Source: Escherichia phage PSD2001
Sequence record: OK254198.1
Length of the DNA: 64,000 nt
Direction: 5' to 3' (one strand)
This document shows positions 1 through 9,880 of the stretch, in pieces. Each line of letters opens with the position of its first letter. Within the stretch, counting starts at the first letter, position 1. Both the position numbers and the translations under genes were made by a program. A model generated the notes under the pieces. That model saw only the letters and a program-made list of their open reading frames with translations. It was not told the origin of the DNA and did no database searches.

Positions 1-1
1 C

Positions 2-1159
2 CATTGGTATCAATCTGACGCCGTATATGATGGTCTGGTCAACAGAAGAAAGATTCTGAACTTACCTACGTCTGCAGGTAAAAGCCTCATCCAGGCGCTT
101 CTGGCGCGATATTATCTCGAGAACTATGAAGGCAAGGTGCTTATCCTTGTTCCCACAACTGCCCTTGTTGACCAGATGATTAATGACTTTGTTGATTATC
201 GACTTTTCCCTCGTGCAGCTTGTCTGGGTATTCGTTCCGGGACTAAACGCGATTCGGATGCGATGATTTATGTATCGACTTATCAGACGGCTGTAAAACA
301 ACCTAAAGAATGGTTTGGCCAGTTTGGCCAGTTTATGAATGACGAATGCCACATGGCTACAGGTAAATCGATTTCGACGGTTATCGAAGGCCTTACGAAT
401 TGCATGTTTAAATTTGGTCTGTCAGGTTCACTCCGTGATGGCAAAGCCAATCTTATGCAATATATGGGTCTGTTTGGTGATATCTTTAAACCAGTATCAA
501 CATCTAAATTAATGGAAGATGGCCAGGTTACTGACCTTAAAATAAATAGTATTTTCCTTCGTTACCCTGATGAATTCACCGTTAAAATGAAAGGTAAAAC
601 TTATCAGGATGAAATCAAGGTAATTACAAAAGCTACACGCAGAAATAAATGGGTAACAAACCTTGCTATCAAACTTGCCAAAAAAGAAGAAAACGTATTC
701 TTGATGTTTAAGAATATCGAACATGGTAAATCAATGTTTGAAATGATTAAGGAAGCCGGCCATGAGAAAGTGTATTATGTTTCTGGAGAAGTTAATACAG
801 AAACCCGTAATGCATTAAAGGTTATGGCCGAACAAGGGAAGGGAATTATTGTTGTAGCATCATATGGTGTATTCTCAACGGGGATTTCCGTTAAAAATCT
901 TCATCATGTTATTTTTGCACATCCCGTAAAATCAAAAACTATAATCCTTCAAACAATTGGGCGTGTGCTTCGAAAACATGATTCAAAAGCACAAGCTAAC
1001 GTTTTTGACATTGTGGATGATATGGGGGTCAAACCCAAATCAGCAAACGCTAAAAAGAAATATGTTCACCTCAATTATGCGCTTAAACATGCACTAGAAC
1101 GTATTCAGCGGTATGCAGACGAAAAATTCAATTATGTAATTAAACAGGTGGAAATATAA
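2..1159 (+). CDS. uvsW: UvsW helicase, 5' partial (gene begins upstream of window)
   Basis: Frame open from position 2; Walker A LPTSAGKS and helicase motifs; very close to remembered T4 UvsW; track ORF 137..1159 begins at an internal GTG. Confidence 0.9.
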   Translation, partial: HWYQSDAVYDGLVNRRKILNLPTSAGKSLIQALLARYYLENYEGKVLILVPTTALVDQMINDFVDYRLFPRAACLGIRSGTKRDSDAMIYVSTYQTAVKQPKEWFGQFGQFMNDECHMATGKSISTVIEGLTNCMFKFGLSGSLRDGKANLMQYMGLFGDIFKPVSTSKLMEDGQVTDLKINSIFLRYPDEFTVKMKGKTYQDEIKVITKATRRNKWVTNLAIKLAKKEENVFLMFKNIEHGKSMFEMIKEAGHEKVYYVSGEVNTETRNALKVMAEQGKGIIVVASYGVFSTGISVKNLHHVIFAHPVKSKTIILQTIGRVLRKHDSKAQANVFDIVDDMGVKPKSANAKKKYVHLNYALKHALERIQRYADEKFNYVIKQVEI

Positions 1160-1386
1160 TGAAATCCTTCGAAGAAATTATGTACGAAGCATCAATTGAA
1201 GGCTTTATGGCTAAGATTGGTTCCTGTCAGACCATGGACGGTCTGAAGGAGTTGGAAGGCTATTATAAGAAACGCAGCAAAGAAGCTGAACTGAAAGATT
1301 CCGATGATATCAGTGTTCGCGATGCTCTTGCCGGTAAACGCGCCGAGCTTGAGGATATGGACGACGAAGAAGACGAAGATTTCTAA
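1159..1386 (+). CDS. uvsW.1: UvsW.1-like small acidic protein
   Basis: 75 aa ORF overlapping uvsW stop (ATGA-type), acidic C-terminus; position as in T4. Confidence 0.65.
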   Translation: MKSFEEIMYEASIEGFMAKIGSCQTMDGLKELEGYYKKRSKEAELKDSDDISVRDALAGKRAELEDMDDEEDEDF

Positions 1387-1444
1387 ATAAAAAGGCCCCA
1401 ACCAAAAGGAAGGGGCAAAACCAAAAAATGGTTAACAACACTAG

Positions 1445-1612
1445 CTAAATTAAAAGTTGGGTCTCGTTCAGTTGCTCTTCTGTATTTTCCGTAACTGGCA
1501 AACTCTGAACATAATTATAACAGGCGCCCGGATGCACCGGACCTTGGTCTGTATCCACAACCAATGCAGAATCGATTGGAGTTTTACAGACAACACAAAT
1601 CTTATCTGACAT
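1445..1612 (-). CDS. small protein with CVVC...HPGAC pair (uvsY.-2 position)
   Basis: Hand-translated ~55 aa minus-strand ORF, below track size cut-off; GGAGA 5 nt upstream of ATG; coordinates approximate. Confidence 0.35.
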   Translation of the reverse strand: MSDKICVVCKTPIDSALVVDTDQGPVHPGACYNYVQSLPVTENTEEQLNETQLLI

Positions 1613-1640
1613 GATTGTCTCCTCAGTTAAACTTACATAT

Positions 1641-1757
1641 CTATTTAGTGCTCTTCATAATAGCAGCGCGAGCTTTCATCTCATTAACAATTTCGGTTAT
1701 TCGGTTTGCAGAGATAACCATCTCGTCGAGAATCTTACTGATATTCTGTTTCATCAT
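1641..1757 (-). CDS. 38 aa ORF (uvsY.-1 position)
   Basis: Hand-translated; ATG overlaps uvsY stop out of frame; weak RBS. Confidence 0.2.
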   Translation of the reverse strand: MMKQNISKILDEMVISANRITEIVNEMKARAAIMKSTK

Positions 1758-2188
1758 TTACCTGCCTCGAATTGTCTTATTTCTAACATATGTTTAAGTG
1801 CAAAACTTCGTGACTTAACACCATCTAATGCAGCGCTACAGAAGTCCTGGAGCAGTGCCCAATACTGAATTGAAGTATCAATCTTCAACACGCTTGAATC
1901 TGCGGCCATGACTGTTTTCAATTCTGACTTCTCGTATACATCCATGCATACTTCTTCCCCTGGGTCACCCCTTCCCGTATAATGGTCTAGTCGTTTTTTC
2001 AGTGCAGTTTTCTTCTGAATCTCAAGACGCATTATTTCTTTCTTGCAGTTGGTATACAATCTCAACCATTTGCTATGCAACAAAACGTTGTTTTGTGTTT
2101 CATATTGAAGTTGTGTACCATCAATTTTTAAATCTGCATCTAGCTCGTCCTGAAATACTTCCAACTTATATTCAATCTCTTTTTTCAT
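1754..2188 (-). CDS. uvsY: UvsY recombination mediator
   Basis: Track ORF 1754..2218 trimmed to MKKEIEYK start; strong similarity to remembered T4 UvsY (LQYE..NNV.L.SKWL, YEKSE.KTV, KSR.FA.KH). Confidence 0.85.
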   Translation of the reverse strand: MKKEIEYKLEVFQDELDADLKIDGTQLQYETQNNVLLHSKWLRLYTNCKKEIMRLEIQKKTALKKRLDHYTGRGDPGEEVCMDVYEKSELKTVMAADSSVLKIDTSIQYWALLQDFCSAALDGVKSRSFALKHMLEIRQFEAGK

Positions 2189-2216
2189 AATGTATCCAAT
2201 GTAAGGGTCTAGAACC

Positions 2217-2241
2217 ATTATACAGCCATAAAATTAAAGCA
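2217..2241 (-). promoter_or_regulatory. MotA-dependent middle promoter candidate for uvsY
   Basis: Minus strand reads aaTGCTTTA, 12 nt, TATAAT; matches the T4 middle promoter architecture (MotA box plus -10). Confidence 0.45.
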
Positions 2242-2631
2242 TTAACCGTTTTGACTTAGCTGAATCCTGATTTGTTCGAGGGTATCAGGGTCATCAACAA
2301 TGCTGAACTGAACCGTTACGATAATGGAGTTATCATCATACATAGGGACAACTGCAACCTGTAGATTGCTTATCCTTGGTTCGAAGTTCCGCACCGCGGA
2401 GACGATGTTGCGTTTAATGGTATCTGTGATTAATGGAGTGATATTCTCAAAAAGCTGATTACTTATATCACATCCAAATTCAGGCATAAAAGGCCTTGAC
2501 CCTTTTCTTGTGGTGATTATTCCCAGAAGACTGTTCTTAACGGACCTTGCACCAGTTACTTTAGCAACGTCTTTATCCCAACTCATTGACAAGTCGGGAG
2601 ACACATCGCTATACATTTTGTTTATATTCAT
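2242..2631 (-). CDS. 25: baseplate wedge protein gp25
   Basis: 129 aa; KNSLLGIITTRKGSRPF.PEFGC motif as in T4 gp25; ATG confirmed. Confidence 0.9.
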   Translation of the reverse strand: MNINKMYSDVSPDLSMSWDKDVAKVTGARSVKNSLLGIITTRKGSRPFMPEFGCDISNQLFENITPLITDTIKRNIVSAVRNFEPRISNLQVAVVPMYDDNSIIVTVQFSIVDDPDTLEQIRIQLSQNG

Positions 2632-3255
2632 TTACATAAACTTAAAGAATTCTTTAAGCCCCTTAATTACATGGACAGAATGCGCTCCACACTCGCAAGA
2701 GATAGGAATAGCCATTTGGACCTGTGGCTTGAGAAGTTCTTCCGTTAGTGCATTTATATCATCGAGGGTAATTGCATTGTACAGGTCTTCGATTTCGGCT
2801 TCATTTAAGTCATCAACAACGATGCGCTCACCGCCTTCCGTGATAATATATTCGATACAACAAGCAATCATTTTTCCTTTATCGCCATCTTCAAACAGAC
2901 CAGGATAACGGAATTTAATTTTAAACGCCCCGAAATCACGAATAACTTCAGACTCATCCACGATGCTTGCGCGACTTATAGTCACAGGAATATCTTGTTC
3001 CTTTCCGCACTCACATACCCATGTATGCTCGACGTTAACAGCTCCGAGACTATTTGCCCAGAGATTAATAAGAAGCAGCTCGGCTTCCTGTTTGTTTAAC
3101 CCTTTAGCATCAGTGCATTTATTAAGCAGTTCAATTATTGCAGGTTCCATACGCTTTTCTAATTTTGCCTGAAGCAAATCTTTGTATTCGCGCAATGTAA
3201 AAGCCCTACAATTTATAGTTTTATTTTTAATTTGGACAATAAATTCATAAGTCAT
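2632..3255 (-). CDS. 26: baseplate hub protein gp26
   Basis: Position between 25 and 51; track ORF trimmed to MTYEF start with GGAG RBS, giving ~207 aa (T4 gp26 ~208 aa). Confidence 0.7.
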   Translation of the reverse strand: MTYEFIVQIKNKTINCRAFTLREYKDLLQAKLEKRMEPAIIELLNKCTDAKGLNKQEAELLLINLWANSLGAVNVEHTWVCECGKEQDIPVTISRASIVDESEVIRDFGAFKIKFRYPGLFEDGDKGKMIACCIEYIITEGGERIVVDDLNEAEIEDLYNAITLDDINALTEELLKPQVQMAIPISCECGAHSVHVIKGLKEFFKFM

Positions 3256-3272
3256 AATTTGCTCCTTTACTG

Positions 3273-3284
3273 TATTTATAAATA
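3273..3284. promoter_or_regulatory. palindromic bidirectional late promoter TATTTATAAATA
   Basis: The 12-mer is its own reverse complement and gives TATAAATA on both strands, ~24 nt before the gp51 ATG and ~18 nt before the trimmed gp26 ATG. Confidence 0.55.
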
Positions 3285-3308
3285 TCAATAAAGATAAAAG
3301 GGGATTCT

Positions 3309-4061
3309 ATGGCCAATATCGTAAGATGTGAAATGCCAGACGGAGTTCATCGTTTCAAACCGTTTACAGTCGCTGATTACCGTGATTTACTGCTTGTGCG
3401 AAACGACATGAACAACAAACCCGTCGAAGAACAAAAACAATTATTAGACGAACTGTTGGAAGATTATTTTGGAGAATATCCAAAAGCATGGAGGCCTTAC
3501 ATATTCCTGAAGGTATTCACTTCCTCTATCGGTAAGACAAAAGTCCCGGTAGCGTTTGAATGTCAAAAATGTAAAAAGACAAAGCAGACTTTGTTTAACA
3601 TGAATCAGGGTCCATTAGTAAATCCAACGATGGAAACCGCCGGGATAAAAATACAATTTAAGTTCCCTGAAGTGGAATATAAAGATAAGTCAGAGCTTGT
3701 CTTGAATACCATCCAGACTGTCGAAGACTCGGAACAAAAATACAATTGGGAAGACCTTCCTGAAGAAACAAAGATGCAGGTTATCGATGCAATTGATATA
3801 GAGAGCCTCGAAGCACTCCTTAAGAAAATGCATTCGGTTTATATTCCATTTACATATGGCTGTTGTGAAAAGCACAAAACCGAATACACTGACCTGCTTG
3901 ACGTCTTTAAGCTTATCCTTAACCCGGATGAAGTCTTTGTATTTTATCAAATTAACCACTTGCTGGTAAAGAATCAATATTCGCTGGATAGCATCATGCA
4001 TATGATTCCTATTGAACGAGGTATTGCTTTATCACTAGTTGAGAAGGACTTGAAAAAATGA
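3309..4061 (+). CDS. 51: baseplate hub assembly protein gp51
   Basis: 250 aa, synteny, ATG confirmed. Confidence 0.8.
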   Translation: MANIVRCEMPDGVHRFKPFTVADYRDLLLVRNDMNNKPVEEQKQLLDELLEDYFGEYPKAWRPYIFLKVFTSSIGKTKVPVAFECQKCKKTKQTLFNMNQGPLVNPTMETAGIKIQFKFPEVEYKDKSELVLNTIQTVEDSEQKYNWEDLPEETKMQVIDAIDIESLEALLKKMHSVYIPFTYGCCEKHKTEYTDLLDVFKLILNPDEVFVFYQINHLLVKNQYSLDSIMHMIPIERGIALSLVEKDLKK

Positions 4062-5227
4062 CAGTTAAATCTATGCAGCGTGAAGGCTTTCCTAATATCA
4101 GCATCCGCCTTTACGAAGATTATGATGCATGGCTTGAACACCGTTTTGTGGAACTAGCTGCCACCTTTACAACGTTAACCATGCGCGATTCCCTTTATGG
4201 AAGAAACGAGGGACTCTTGCAATTCTATGATACGAAAAACCTGCATACAAAAATGAATGGTGAACAGGTTATTCAGATTTCCGTTAAGAATGCCAACTCT
4301 GACCGAACCCAATCCAGAATATATGGAAGTAAACACTTTGCCGTTTCCGTGGATTCAAAGGGTGATAACATAATTACAATTCAGCTGGCTCCTATTCACG
4401 AAATTGAAGACTTGAAATTTAGTCGTATGTTTTACCCGAGCGTACAGGAAACATTAGTCGAAATGACTGGGGTAATTTATCAAGATAGACCATTACTTTC
4501 CCCACCAATAAACGGCATAAACGTTTATGCTCCTAACGTTCCATGGTGTGATTCGATGAACCAATATATGGAATTCATAAGGGAAGTTGGCCTGTCGGTA
4601 GAAACTGATAAATTTGTTTTTGTATGGGAAGATATTGATGGGATAAGTATCCAGGATTATGAATGGTTAACATCACAAGAGCCAATTAATTTTGTGGTGG
4701 GTGAACCTCGATTGGTTGGTCAATTTGTACAAAACCTCGAGACCCCATTGGCCTTCGATTTCGAATGGTTAACAAAGGCAAACCAACACACAAGAAAACC
4801 ATACGAAAACGCAACTGTGTATGCGCATTCATTCCTTGATAAGAACGCAACCAGAATAACTTTTGGGGAAGGTCAAAACAGTATTCTGGTATCTCGTTCC
4901 GGGGGCTATGCAGATTACACATACCGAAATGGTTTCGAGGAAGCTCAGCGATTAATAACCATGTCACAATATGATGGTTACGCACATTGCAAAACATACG
5001 GGAACTTTGAATTAACTCCGGGCGATAAGATAAATTTCTATGACCCGAAGAACCAATTCAAATATGATTTTTACGTAGACGAAGTTATTCATGAAGTGAG
5101 TAACAATACATCAATTACAAACCTCTATATGTTTACCAATGGTAAGCCTATCGAAGTTGAAGAACCACCGAAGGTTAAAAATGAACTTAAAACTGATTCT
5201 GCCGACGAAGAAAATACAGCTGGGTGA
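4058..5227 (+). CDS. 27: baseplate hub protein gp27
   Basis: 389 aa (T4 391), ATGA overlap with gene 51. Confidence 0.8.
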   Translation: MTVKSMQREGFPNISIRLYEDYDAWLEHRFVELAATFTTLTMRDSLYGRNEGLLQFYDTKNLHTKMNGEQVIQISVKNANSDRTQSRIYGSKHFAVSVDSKGDNIITIQLAPIHEIEDLKFSRMFYPSVQETLVEMTGVIYQDRPLLSPPINGINVYAPNVPWCDSMNQYMEFIREVGLSVETDKFVFVWEDIDGISIQDYEWLTSQEPINFVVGEPRLVGQFVQNLETPLAFDFEWLTKANQHTRKPYENATVYAHSFLDKNATRITFGEGQNSILVSRSGGYADYTYRNGFEEAQRLITMSQYDGYAHCKTYGNFELTPGDKINFYDPKNQFKYDFYVDEVIHEVSNNTSITNLYMFTNGKPIEVEEPPKVKNELKTDSADEENTAG

Positions 5228-5699
5228 TAAAGAGATTCACGTTCCCAAGCTTGGACTCAAGCATCACAATCTGATTAAAAACGAACCTAACCCATACGCT
5301 GCATTAAGAAAGATTATGCAATCGATATTCCCTAATCTTACAGCAGCCGAATCCGACTTTGTATCTTTACATCTTCTGGAATTTAATGGTAAGCTAAAAG
5401 ACAAACGCGAGATTAACGGATTTACATATAAGCTGGATGATGTTTATATCTGTCAGCGCCTTGAATTCTCTTATCAAGGAAAGACATTTAAATTCCGCTC
5501 GAATAAGCCGTATGAAGAATTCGGACCAGTTGACAATCTCCTGGAGACCCTTTATCTCGGTGAAGATGTTCCAGACTTTCTGGATATGCCTGCTTTTGTT
5601 GCTAAGTGGGCAGACGATATCACAAGCACATTAGCAATCCCGGGTCCGAATGGTCCTGTTAAGGGGTTACTGAAAATAATGGAACTCCTAAATGAATAA
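5181..5699 (+). CDS. 28: baseplate distal hub protein gp28
   Basis: Track ORF 5139..5699 trimmed to ATG at 5181 preceded by AAGGT; ~172 aa (T4 177). Confidence 0.7.
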   Translation: MNLKLILPTKKIQLGDKEIHVPKLGLKHHNLIKNEPNPYAALRKIMQSIFPNLTAAESDFVSLHLLEFNGKLKDKREINGFTYKLDDVYICQRLEFSYQGKTFKFRSNKPYEEFGPVDNLLETLYLGEDVPDFLDMPAFVAKWADDITSTLAIPGPNGPVKGLLKIMELLNE

Positions 5700-7437
5700 G
5701 AACTCCGAACAAACGAGCTTCAGACGCGGTGGACCTAATAAAAAGCTTATCGAAGAATTAGCACCACAAAGGAGGGCGGAAGCCCTCTCTGCTGAACAGA
5801 ATGATGAATTATCGAATCTGAATACAACTCTTACAAATACTCAGGCTGCAACCGAACTTGTATCGGAAGCTATTGAGGATAAGGGTAATCAGATTATAGA
5901 GAATATCCAAACCAATAATGGAGTCCTCCAGGATATCAGTGCTGGGGTCGAACTGACGGCCGAAGCCACCGAGAAGACTCAACAAGGGATTAAAAACCTC
6001 ACGGATATTCTCTCGGATAAGCTCGACAAACTCAGCGCAATGATAAGTGGTAAACTAGGCGTCACGTCTCCTGTGGCTGGTTCTGAAAGCCTTAAACCTG
6101 TGGAGGATGCACTACCAGAGCCTGAAGAGAATAAGCCCACGGCGAGCGTTCCAACGCTCATACCGCCTGAAGAACAAAAGCCCGACGCTGACTTCATTCC
6201 GGAACCAGAACAGCCAAAAACCGATGCAGAAGGCAAAGAGACTAATACCTGGTCACTTGGTGATAAGCTTGATACCCTTTCGAAGATAACCGAAAAAGGA
6301 TTTAAGGCATCGATTTCTGTAGCCGACCGAATCTCCGGAATGTTGTTCAAATATACAATTACAGCTGCAGCCGAAGCAGCCAAGCTTATTGGTGGATTAT
6401 TGTTGTTGGTATTCGGTATCGATGCAATACGAGTTTACTTCCAATATTTCATGAAGCAATTCGAAAAAGGATGGGCCGAATTTAATGATAAGTTCAAAGA
6501 ATGGGGCCCACTGCTTGAAGGACTAATGACTTGGGCTAAGAACGCGCAAGCGATGTTTAGTGAAAAGAATTGGTTGGGATTAGCTGAAGCTATTATCCGT
6601 GGGATGGTCAACTTAACGAAGAACATGGCTCAACTTCTTATGCTTGGTATTTCGAAACTGATTTCAGCTATCTTAAGCAAAATCCCTGGGATGGGCGATT
6701 TAGCAGATAATGTGGAAGCCTCAGCTTTGATGTCTTATCAGCAAAATACAGGGGCAACTCTGGATGATGAAGACCAAACCAAGATAGCAAAATATCATGA
6801 CAAACGTTCGGCTGAAGCAATGGAAGCTGCAGAGAAGATGAATAAGAAGTATAAGGATAAACCTGAACTAATTAATCAAGCCGAAAAATATGGTAACCTT
6901 ACCAAGGAACAAGCTGACCAGCTTCGCGCGGGTGGGATTGACACAAGCTTCAGAGACCTTCCGGAAGAAGAACGTCTGGACTATTTCAAGAAGCGTGACA
7001 AAGCACAGGCTGATATTATTCGTTTGACCCAAACTGCTGACAACCTAATGAAGCCAGACGCAACCGATAAAAAGAATGCGATGGAAATGAGAGCTAACAT
7101 TGAAAAACAATTAGCTGACCCAGCTATGGCAAAAGGTGGAGCTCCGAAAGACCTGAATATGCGCGCCCTGTTGGAAAAACTTGATAAGTCTCTCGAGAAG
7201 TTCAAAGACGAACCGAAAGTTAAACCGCCGGATGTTAAGACTTCTCCGGATGCACAACAAGCTGCAAAGGTTGACGAAGGCATGAAGGCCAAAGAAAATA
7301 AATACAAGGATGCACCAGCTCAGGCACAAATTAACACGGTCAATAATATTCAGAAGACTTCCAGGACGCAATACAATATGCCTCCTCAAAGTTCAACCCC
7401 TGCCCCTGGCATGAGACAGGCCACGAGAATTAACTAA
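5692..7437 (+). CDS. 29: baseplate hub / tail length determining protein gp29
   Basis: 581 aa, synteny, Pro/Glu-rich central linker. Confidence 0.8.
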   Translation: MNKNSEQTSFRRGGPNKKLIEELAPQRRAEALSAEQNDELSNLNTTLTNTQAATELVSEAIEDKGNQIIENIQTNNGVLQDISAGVELTAEATEKTQQGIKNLTDILSDKLDKLSAMISGKLGVTSPVAGSESLKPVEDALPEPEENKPTASVPTLIPPEEQKPDADFIPEPEQPKTDAEGKETNTWSLGDKLDTLSKITEKGFKASISVADRISGMLFKYTITAAAEAAKLIGGLLLLVFGIDAIRVYFQYFMKQFEKGWAEFNDKFKEWGPLLEGLMTWAKNAQAMFSEKNWLGLAEAIIRGMVNLTKNMAQLLMLGISKLISAILSKIPGMGDLADNVEASALMSYQQNTGATLDDEDQTKIAKYHDKRSAEAMEAAEKMNKKYKDKPELINQAEKYGNLTKEQADQLRAGGIDTSFRDLPEEERLDYFKKRDKAQADIIRLTQTADNLMKPDATDKKNAMEMRANIEKQLADPAMAKGGAPKDLNMRALLEKLDKSLEKFKDEPKVKPPDVKTSPDAQQAAKVDEGMKAKENKYKDAPAQAQINTVNNIQKTSRTQYNMPPQSSTPAPGMRQATRIN

Positions 7438-7445
7438 GGAATAAC

Positions 7446-8540
7446 ATGAAAGTAAAAGAACTCGATATTGATATTGCGGGTTTATTTAACGGAGGTTCTA
7501 AGACCTCCGCTGGGCAGTCAAAAGCTGCCCAGACTCAAGCTACTATTGTGGCGCAATATCCAGCAGAACGAGCTTCCGGTAATGATTCTTCAGATGATAT
7601 GCGAGTTAATGACCTTTATAAAAATGGTCTGTTATTCACGGCATACAATTTCAGTTCAAGAACATCTCCGGAATTACGCTCAGACAGGTCAAGCCAATTG
7701 ACTTCATTAAAGAAAGTTTCCAATGGTGCTTCATTTAACCCGGTTAAAAGTTTAACATCTTTTGCTAAATCGAAATTAACCGGCGCTGGCTCAACAGGTA
7801 AAAGTTTTGATTCAAACGCTGTTGCAAATATCCTGTTGCCTCGTTCGAAGTCTGATGTAGAATCCGTATCGCATCGATTCAACGATGTTGGTGAGTCTCT
7901 TATTACGAAAGGTGGTGGCTCAGCTACAGGTATTCTTAGTAACATCGCATCGACTGCAGTTTTCGGCGCACTCGAATCAGTTACAAACGGTGTAATGGCC
8001 GACCATGGCGAACAGATTTACACAACGGCAAGAAGCATGTATGCTGGTCCAGACAACAGGACAAAAGTTTACACATGGGAAATGACTCCACGTTCGGCCC
8101 AGGACTTAATCCAGATAGTGAAGATATATGAGATTTTTAACTATTATTCCTATGGGGAAACCGGTAAAAGTTCGTTTGCTTCCGAGCTGAAAGATAAAAT
8201 CGATACATGGTATAAATCCACCTTCAAAAAAGAAGCAATCGATAACTTTGACGGCAAGTTGCTCGGTGAAGAGATAACAAGCTTCCTAACGAACGTTCTG
8301 GTGGTCTCTAACCCTACTATCTGGTATATCCGCAACTTCGGCGATACAAGCTCGTACGATGGCCGTGGGGAGCTATTTGGGCCGTGTCAGATTCAGAGCA
8401 TAAGATTCGATAAATCTCCGGATGGTCATTTCGGTGGATTAGCTATTGCTCCTAACCTGCCATCGACTTTTGTACTTGAAATCACTTTCCGTGAAATCAT
8501 TACGCTTAACCGTGGCTCACTATATGCGGAAGGTTTCTAA
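7446..8540 (+). CDS. 48: baseplate tail-tube junction protein gp48
   Basis: 364 aa (T4 364), synteny. Confidence 0.8.
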   Translation: MKVKELDIDIAGLFNGGSKTSAGQSKAAQTQATIVAQYPAERASGNDSSDDMRVNDLYKNGLLFTAYNFSSRTSPELRSDRSSQLTSLKKVSNGASFNPVKSLTSFAKSKLTGAGSTGKSFDSNAVANILLPRSKSDVESVSHRFNDVGESLITKGGGSATGILSNIASTAVFGALESVTNGVMADHGEQIYTTARSMYAGPDNRTKVYTWEMTPRSAQDLIQIVKIYEIFNYYSYGETGKSSFASELKDKIDTWYKSTFKKEAIDNFDGKLLGEEITSFLTNVLVVSNPTIWYIRNFGDTSSYDGRGELFGPCQIQSIRFDKSPDGHFGGLAIAPNLPSTFVLEITFREIITLNRGSLYAEGF

Positions 8541-9499
8541 TGTTTACTTTACAAGAATTTCAAACACAAGCGATTAATATCGACTTACAAAGGAATAACC
8601 TTTTTAGTGTGGTCTTCGCGACCGCACCTTCCTCTAAATCTCAGAATCTTCTGGACCAGTTTGGTGGCGCATTATTCAGCAACCTTCCTGTTAACTCAGA
8701 TTGGTTCGGATTAACACAAGGTGACTTAACTCAAGGGATAACAACTCTTGTTACTGCCGGAACACAAAAGCTTATTCGTAAATCAGGGATAAGCAAATAT
8801 CTTATCGGGGCAATGAGTAACCGTGTTGTGCAATCATTATTAGGTGAATTTGAGGTTGGTACTTACCTGCTAGATTTCTTTAATATGGCTTATCCAACGG
8901 CTGGTCTATTAGTTCACTCTGTTAAGCTTCCGGATAACACATTGAACTACGAAATGGACCTTAACCATAATGCACCAAATATCAAGATAACAGGGAGAGA
9001 ATATTCTCCGTTGGTATTGAGCTTTAGAATGGATTCAGAGGCAGGGAACTTCAGAGCATTTAACGATTGGGTTAACTCTGTACAGGACCCAGTTACCCAG
9101 CTAAGGGCTTTGCCTGAAGACGTTGAAGCTGATATTCAGGTTAACCTGCACTCACGTAACGGATTACCGCATACGGTTGTTATGTTAACTGGTTGTGTTC
9201 CTGTAAGTGTATCAGCGCCTGAATTGAGTTATGAAGGGGATAATCAGATAGCTACATTTGATGTAACTTTTGCTTATCGCGTTATGTCAACGGGAGCAGT
9301 GGGAAGAGCTGCTGCACTGGAATGGTTGGAAGATAAGGTTATTAAGGGTGTATCTGGTATTAGTTCAGATAACAACTTGAACGCAGAAGTTGCCAAATTG
9401 AGCCGCTTGTCTGGTGCTCAATCTGGATTAACAAGTCTGTACAATACGTTCACTGGTTCTGGGAGAACAGTCTCTGGTGGAAGTCAACGTATATTATAA
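8540..9499 (+). CDS. 54: baseplate tail-tube initiator gp54
   Basis: 319 aa (T4 320), ATGA overlap with gene 48. Confidence 0.8.
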   Translation: MFTLQEFQTQAINIDLQRNNLFSVVFATAPSSKSQNLLDQFGGALFSNLPVNSDWFGLTQGDLTQGITTLVTAGTQKLIRKSGISKYLIGAMSNRVVQSLLGEFEVGTYLLDFFNMAYPTAGLLVHSVKLPDNTLNYEMDLNHNAPNIKITGREYSPLVLSFRMDSEAGNFRAFNDWVNSVQDPVTQLRALPEDVEADIQVNLHSRNGLPHTVVMLTGCVPVSVSAPELSYEGDNQIATFDVTFAYRVMSTGAVGRAAALEWLEDKVIKGVSGISSDNNLNAEVAKLSRLSGAQSGLTSLYNTFTGSGRTVSGGSQRIL

Positions 9500-9531
9500 A
9501 AAGAAAGGGACCCGAAGGTCCCTTTTTTATT
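9497..9531. terminator. bidirectional intrinsic terminator
   Basis: Hairpin GGGACC-CGAA-GGTCCC flanked by an A-run and a T-run, between convergent gene 54 and the minus-strand ORF. Confidence 0.7.
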
Positions 9532-9850
9532 TGCGGAATGAAATGAAACCTGCTGCAGTCATTACAACTTCTTTTTTAGCAAAGACTGTAATTGCAATTG
9601 GTGCTTCAGATTCAAGTTGCCCAGTTACTACACCATTAAAAATATTTTCTGTTTGTTCAGAATTTACAAAGTTTTCAACAGGGCGAAGGTCAAACTTCTT
9701 ATCTTCGCCAAACACGCGCCGTAGTTCATTACCCACCGCGCTGTCAAACTCTTCTGAAGCCGGGATAACATTCTCAACTACCAGTTCCTGACCATTAAAG
9801 CGAAAAGATGATTTCATTTTATTTTCCTCATGTGCAATTGATATGAACAT
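9527..9850 (-). CDS. hypothetical protein (alt.-1 position)
   Basis: 107 aa track ORF downstream of alt; likely start at internal MKSSFRF. Confidence 0.5.
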   Translation of the reverse strand: MFISIAHEENKMKSSFRFNGQELVVENVIPASEEFDSAVGNELRRVFGEDKKFDLRPVENFVNSEQTENIFNGVVTGQLESEAPIAITVFAKKEVVMTAAGFISFRK

Positions 9851-9880
9851 TATATCGCACTTCCTTGTGCTTGTAAACCC

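Noticed and set aside
4020-4045. TTGCTTTA MotA-box-like sequence inside gene 51
   Set aside because: No -10 hexamer at the required 11-13 nt spacing and it lies within a late structural gene; likely chance
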